From Anthoceros angustus (lineage: Eukaryota > Plantae > Anthocerotophyta), in NCBI GenBank assembly GCA_010909165.1, contig MU008201.1, positions 186,001 to 250,000 of the forward strand: DNA of 64,000 nt, read 5' to 3'. The notes under the pieces were generated by a model, which saw nothing but the letters and a program-made list of their open reading frames with translations, was not told the DNA's origin and did no database searches. A program made the position numbers and the translations under genes. This document shows, in pieces, positions 61,155-64,000 of this stretch (positions within the stretch are counted from its first letter, which is position 1; the number at the start of each line of letters is the position of its first letter).

Positions 61155-61680
61155 AGTACTCCCTCCCAAGAGCAAAAAACAGCAGACTCCACACCGAGAC
61201 CCTCCTCCCTACTCCCAGCCCACCATTACATGCATGCTGCTTTCTCCCAATGGCAGCCTTCCACTGCTTCTCAGAGTACCCGGTCGTCTCCTTCAGATTC
61301 AGATCATACAGATCCTCTGCCTGAAGAGCTTCCTATTCCCGTTCTTCACTAGAGAGTAAACCCACCGGAGATGCCGATTGATAATGTTAAATCGCTCGAG
61401 TTGGGTCCGTGGGCATCAGGCTCGCCCCTCGTGCGTCGGTGCCTTACGCTCGAATCCATCCCTGCCGGCCTGGTTTCGAATCACCCAACAAAGCACAATC
61501 CCGGATCAACGCATCCGCACAGTCTTCCCTTGGAAGATCCGATCATGCAATGCGAATGACATACGATCACCTCTCCGGAGAAGCGAGGCGACGGATGTGC
61601 ATTTCGGACAGGGATGGCTGCGAGAGCGAAGCGGTAATGCTCTCTCGAAGGCGGAGGTTGGGACGAGCTGATATTGACAT
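61155..61680 (-). pseudogene. ABCC: 5' part of the ABCC gene (lasso/L0 motif), beyond the Copia insertion
   Basis: RWVYSLVKNGNRK(A)LQAEDLYDL..VSVWSLLFFALGREY joins in frame to FLASLYKPVW when the element and one TSD are removed. Candidate ATG at 61678-61680 is uncertain (intervening stops and frameshifts). Confidence 0.8.
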
Positions 61681-61699
61681 CGGTTTGCTAGTGGACGCT

Positions 61700-64000
61700 C
61701 ACCGATTTCAGGTGTTTGAAAAATTTAAACTTTTTAAACAAAATTCTGAGCATCTCACTGATCACATGCTTAAAATCTTGCATACGGATAATGATGGTGA
61801 ATATACTGCAACAGAGTTTCGAACTTTTTTGTCAACTTTTGGTATTCAACATCGGACTATTATTCCTTATTCAGCACAATAAAATGATGGTGCAAAAATA
61901 TAAAATAGAATTCTTGATGGTGAATATATTGCAACAGAGTTTCGAACCTTTTTGTCTTCTTTGGGTATTCAACATGGGACTACTATTCCTTACTCATCAT
62001 AACAAAATGGTCATACACAAATATAAAATAAAATTCTTGTTGGTACTACTCATTGTACGTTATCTCATATGAGTTTAGGTCCAATTTTTTTGGGTTGAAG
62101 CAGTTCAAACAGTTGCTTGCGTTGTGAACAAGATTGTTTCTGATGTTCAGGCATTGTGGATTGGTGTGGTTCCTTCTTCTAAAATCTATGTGTGTTTAGA
62201 TGTGTAGCGTTTTCCTTGGGTTGTCGTTTGTTTGATCCTAGTACTCGACAAATTATTTCAAGTTGAGATGTTATTTTTTGTGAAGATTTGTCTTTGAAGG
62301 ATTCAGTTCGTTCTTCTCAGCCATGTGATCATGATCTTATTTTTGAACAGTTTCTTCTTTATTATCCTCATATCATGATGATCACTACTTTTTTTATGAA
62401 GTTTTCGATTCGAATTCTTAGAATGATACTCAAAATGATCAACACAATGATCGTGGTGTACATCAACATGTTGTCGGTGAAGTTGTTTCAAATCTTCCGA
62501 ATTTTCGTGATGGATTTCAAGATAATATTCTTCCTGAATCTCCAGGTCTTTCTCACAATTTTGCTGGGGTTCCTCGACATAATCATGTTATTCCATGTGA
62601 TCTTGTGCCACCAAATGTAGTTCGTCGTCCTGAACGATTATATATTCCTTCTCATCGACAATTAGAAATTTATGAAATTGATGATGTTGTTGGTCTTATC
62701 TCGGCGGCTCATCCTGAGCCTCAATCAATTGCTGAGGCCTAGGCTTCCCCGCAATGGTCTTTGTGGGAGCATGTTTTGCAAGATGAGTGGAACTCACTCT
62801 TGCAAATTGAAACGTGGGAGGTTGTTCCACTTCTTGCAAGTTGTAAACCTGTTGGTTGTAAGTGGGTCTGATCCTTAAAATTAAATATAATGTTGATGGG
62901 TCCATTGAGCATTATTAAGCTCGATTGGTTGTTGCGGGGTATTCACAAGTTGAAGATATTGATTATAAGCAGACTTTTTCGCCACTTGTAAAACTTCCTT
63001 TTGTTTGTGTTCAACTTGCTTTAACTGCTTTCTTCAATCTTGAAATATGTTGGATGGATGTCAAAATTGCATTTTTGAATGGTGATCTAGATAAAGAAAT
63101 TTATATGGAACAACCCCAACCATTTAATAATGATATGCTGATATGTAGACACGCCAGCAAGACTTCTAATGTTTATTGTCAATGGGCCAAGCATATTTTG
63201 CACTATTTGTGTGGATCTTCTTTTCATGGATTATGTTTTGGTGATTCTACTGTTAACATTAAGCACTGTGCCTTAACGTTTTGTTGGCTATTTTGATTCT
63301 GATTGGGGAGGAGATAAACAAACTCGTCATTCTACTCTAGGATATGCTTTTGATATTTTTAGTTCTCTTGCTAGTTCAAGTACTAAGTCACAACCTACTA
63401 TTGCTCTCTCTTCTACGGAGGTAGAATACATGGCACCAATACATGCTACTAAGGAGGTGGTTTGGTTGCGACTTCTTCTACAGGAACTTGGTTATACTCA
63501 AACAGAATCTAGAATTTTACATTCGGATAAGTAGAGTAGTCTCAAGGTTGTGCATAATCTTGAGTTTCATTAGCGTATGAATTTTATATTCATAAGAAGA
63601 TAGAAAAAGGCTTCATCGATTTCCTCTATGCTTTTGCAAATTCTACGAAGGCAGATGGTTTCACCAAAGTTCTTCCTCTTAACAAAGTTCAAAGAGTTTG
63701 TGCAACATTTGCACATAATTCCTATATCTGAACTATTTAAATCTTCCACTGCCACAAAAGATCTCTTAAACAATAAGTCTTAAGCATGGCTTTTTCCTGA
63801 CATATGGTAGGTTTTTTCCCTAATAATTTTTTGCTGTTATTAAGGTTTTTAATGCTGCTTACGAGTTCCTCTCTTGTCACACGTCTTGTATAACGAGACT
63901 TCTACATCAAGTGTTTGACTAGATTGGAGAGGGGAGGTGAGAAAAGTACAACTAGTTTTATCCCTTTTGTCTGCTCCTTCTATGGGTCTCCTTCCAATCT
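61700..64000 (+). mobile_element. AT-rich, 5'-truncated, degenerate Ty1/Copia (INT-RT-RH), PPT and start of 3' LTR
   Basis: KILHTDNDGEYTATEF..GIQHRTIIPYS (INT; 123-bp duplication at 61793/61916); VAGYSQVEDIDYKQTFSP..MDVKIAFLNGDLDKEIYMEQP (RT); DSDWG..STRI..ALSSTEVEY (RH); PPT GGAGAGGGGAGG at 63926-63937, then TGAGAAAAG. Confidence 0.88.

Noticed and set aside
1-64000. tRNA, rRNA or organellar insertions
   Set aside because: Only PBS-length tRNA complements were seen; no cloverleaf, rRNA or organellar gene motifs were recognised.

Overview
Eukaryotic nuclear DNA, most likely from a non-flowering streptophyte (a land plant or a close algal relative; this is inference from the gene and TE families). 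About 48 kb is a nested transposon stack. A CRE-like (RT + restriction-like endonuclease) non-LTR retrotransposon appears split into collinear halves at ~956-2332 and ~42507-46500. Between them is a CACTA/En-Spm region, whose transposase is interrupted by a tandem non-chromoviral (Athila-like) Ty3/Gypsy array with very long terminal repeats (11954-~37700). A small gene island follows: an intact, intronless ORTHRUS/VIM (PHD-RING-SRA-RING) gene; a 3-exon secreted root-cap-domain gene with an unusual His/Lys-rich N-terminus; and an intronless ABCC/MRP transporter knocked out by a Ty1/Copia insertion (TSD AGTAC, non-canonical TA...TA LTR ends). A second, AT-rich Copia remnant ends the window. Repeats carry many 1-3 bp indels and repeated jump-back triplications, so part of the apparent decay and duplication may be long-read assembly artefact. 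No rRNA, tRNA or CRISPR features were found.
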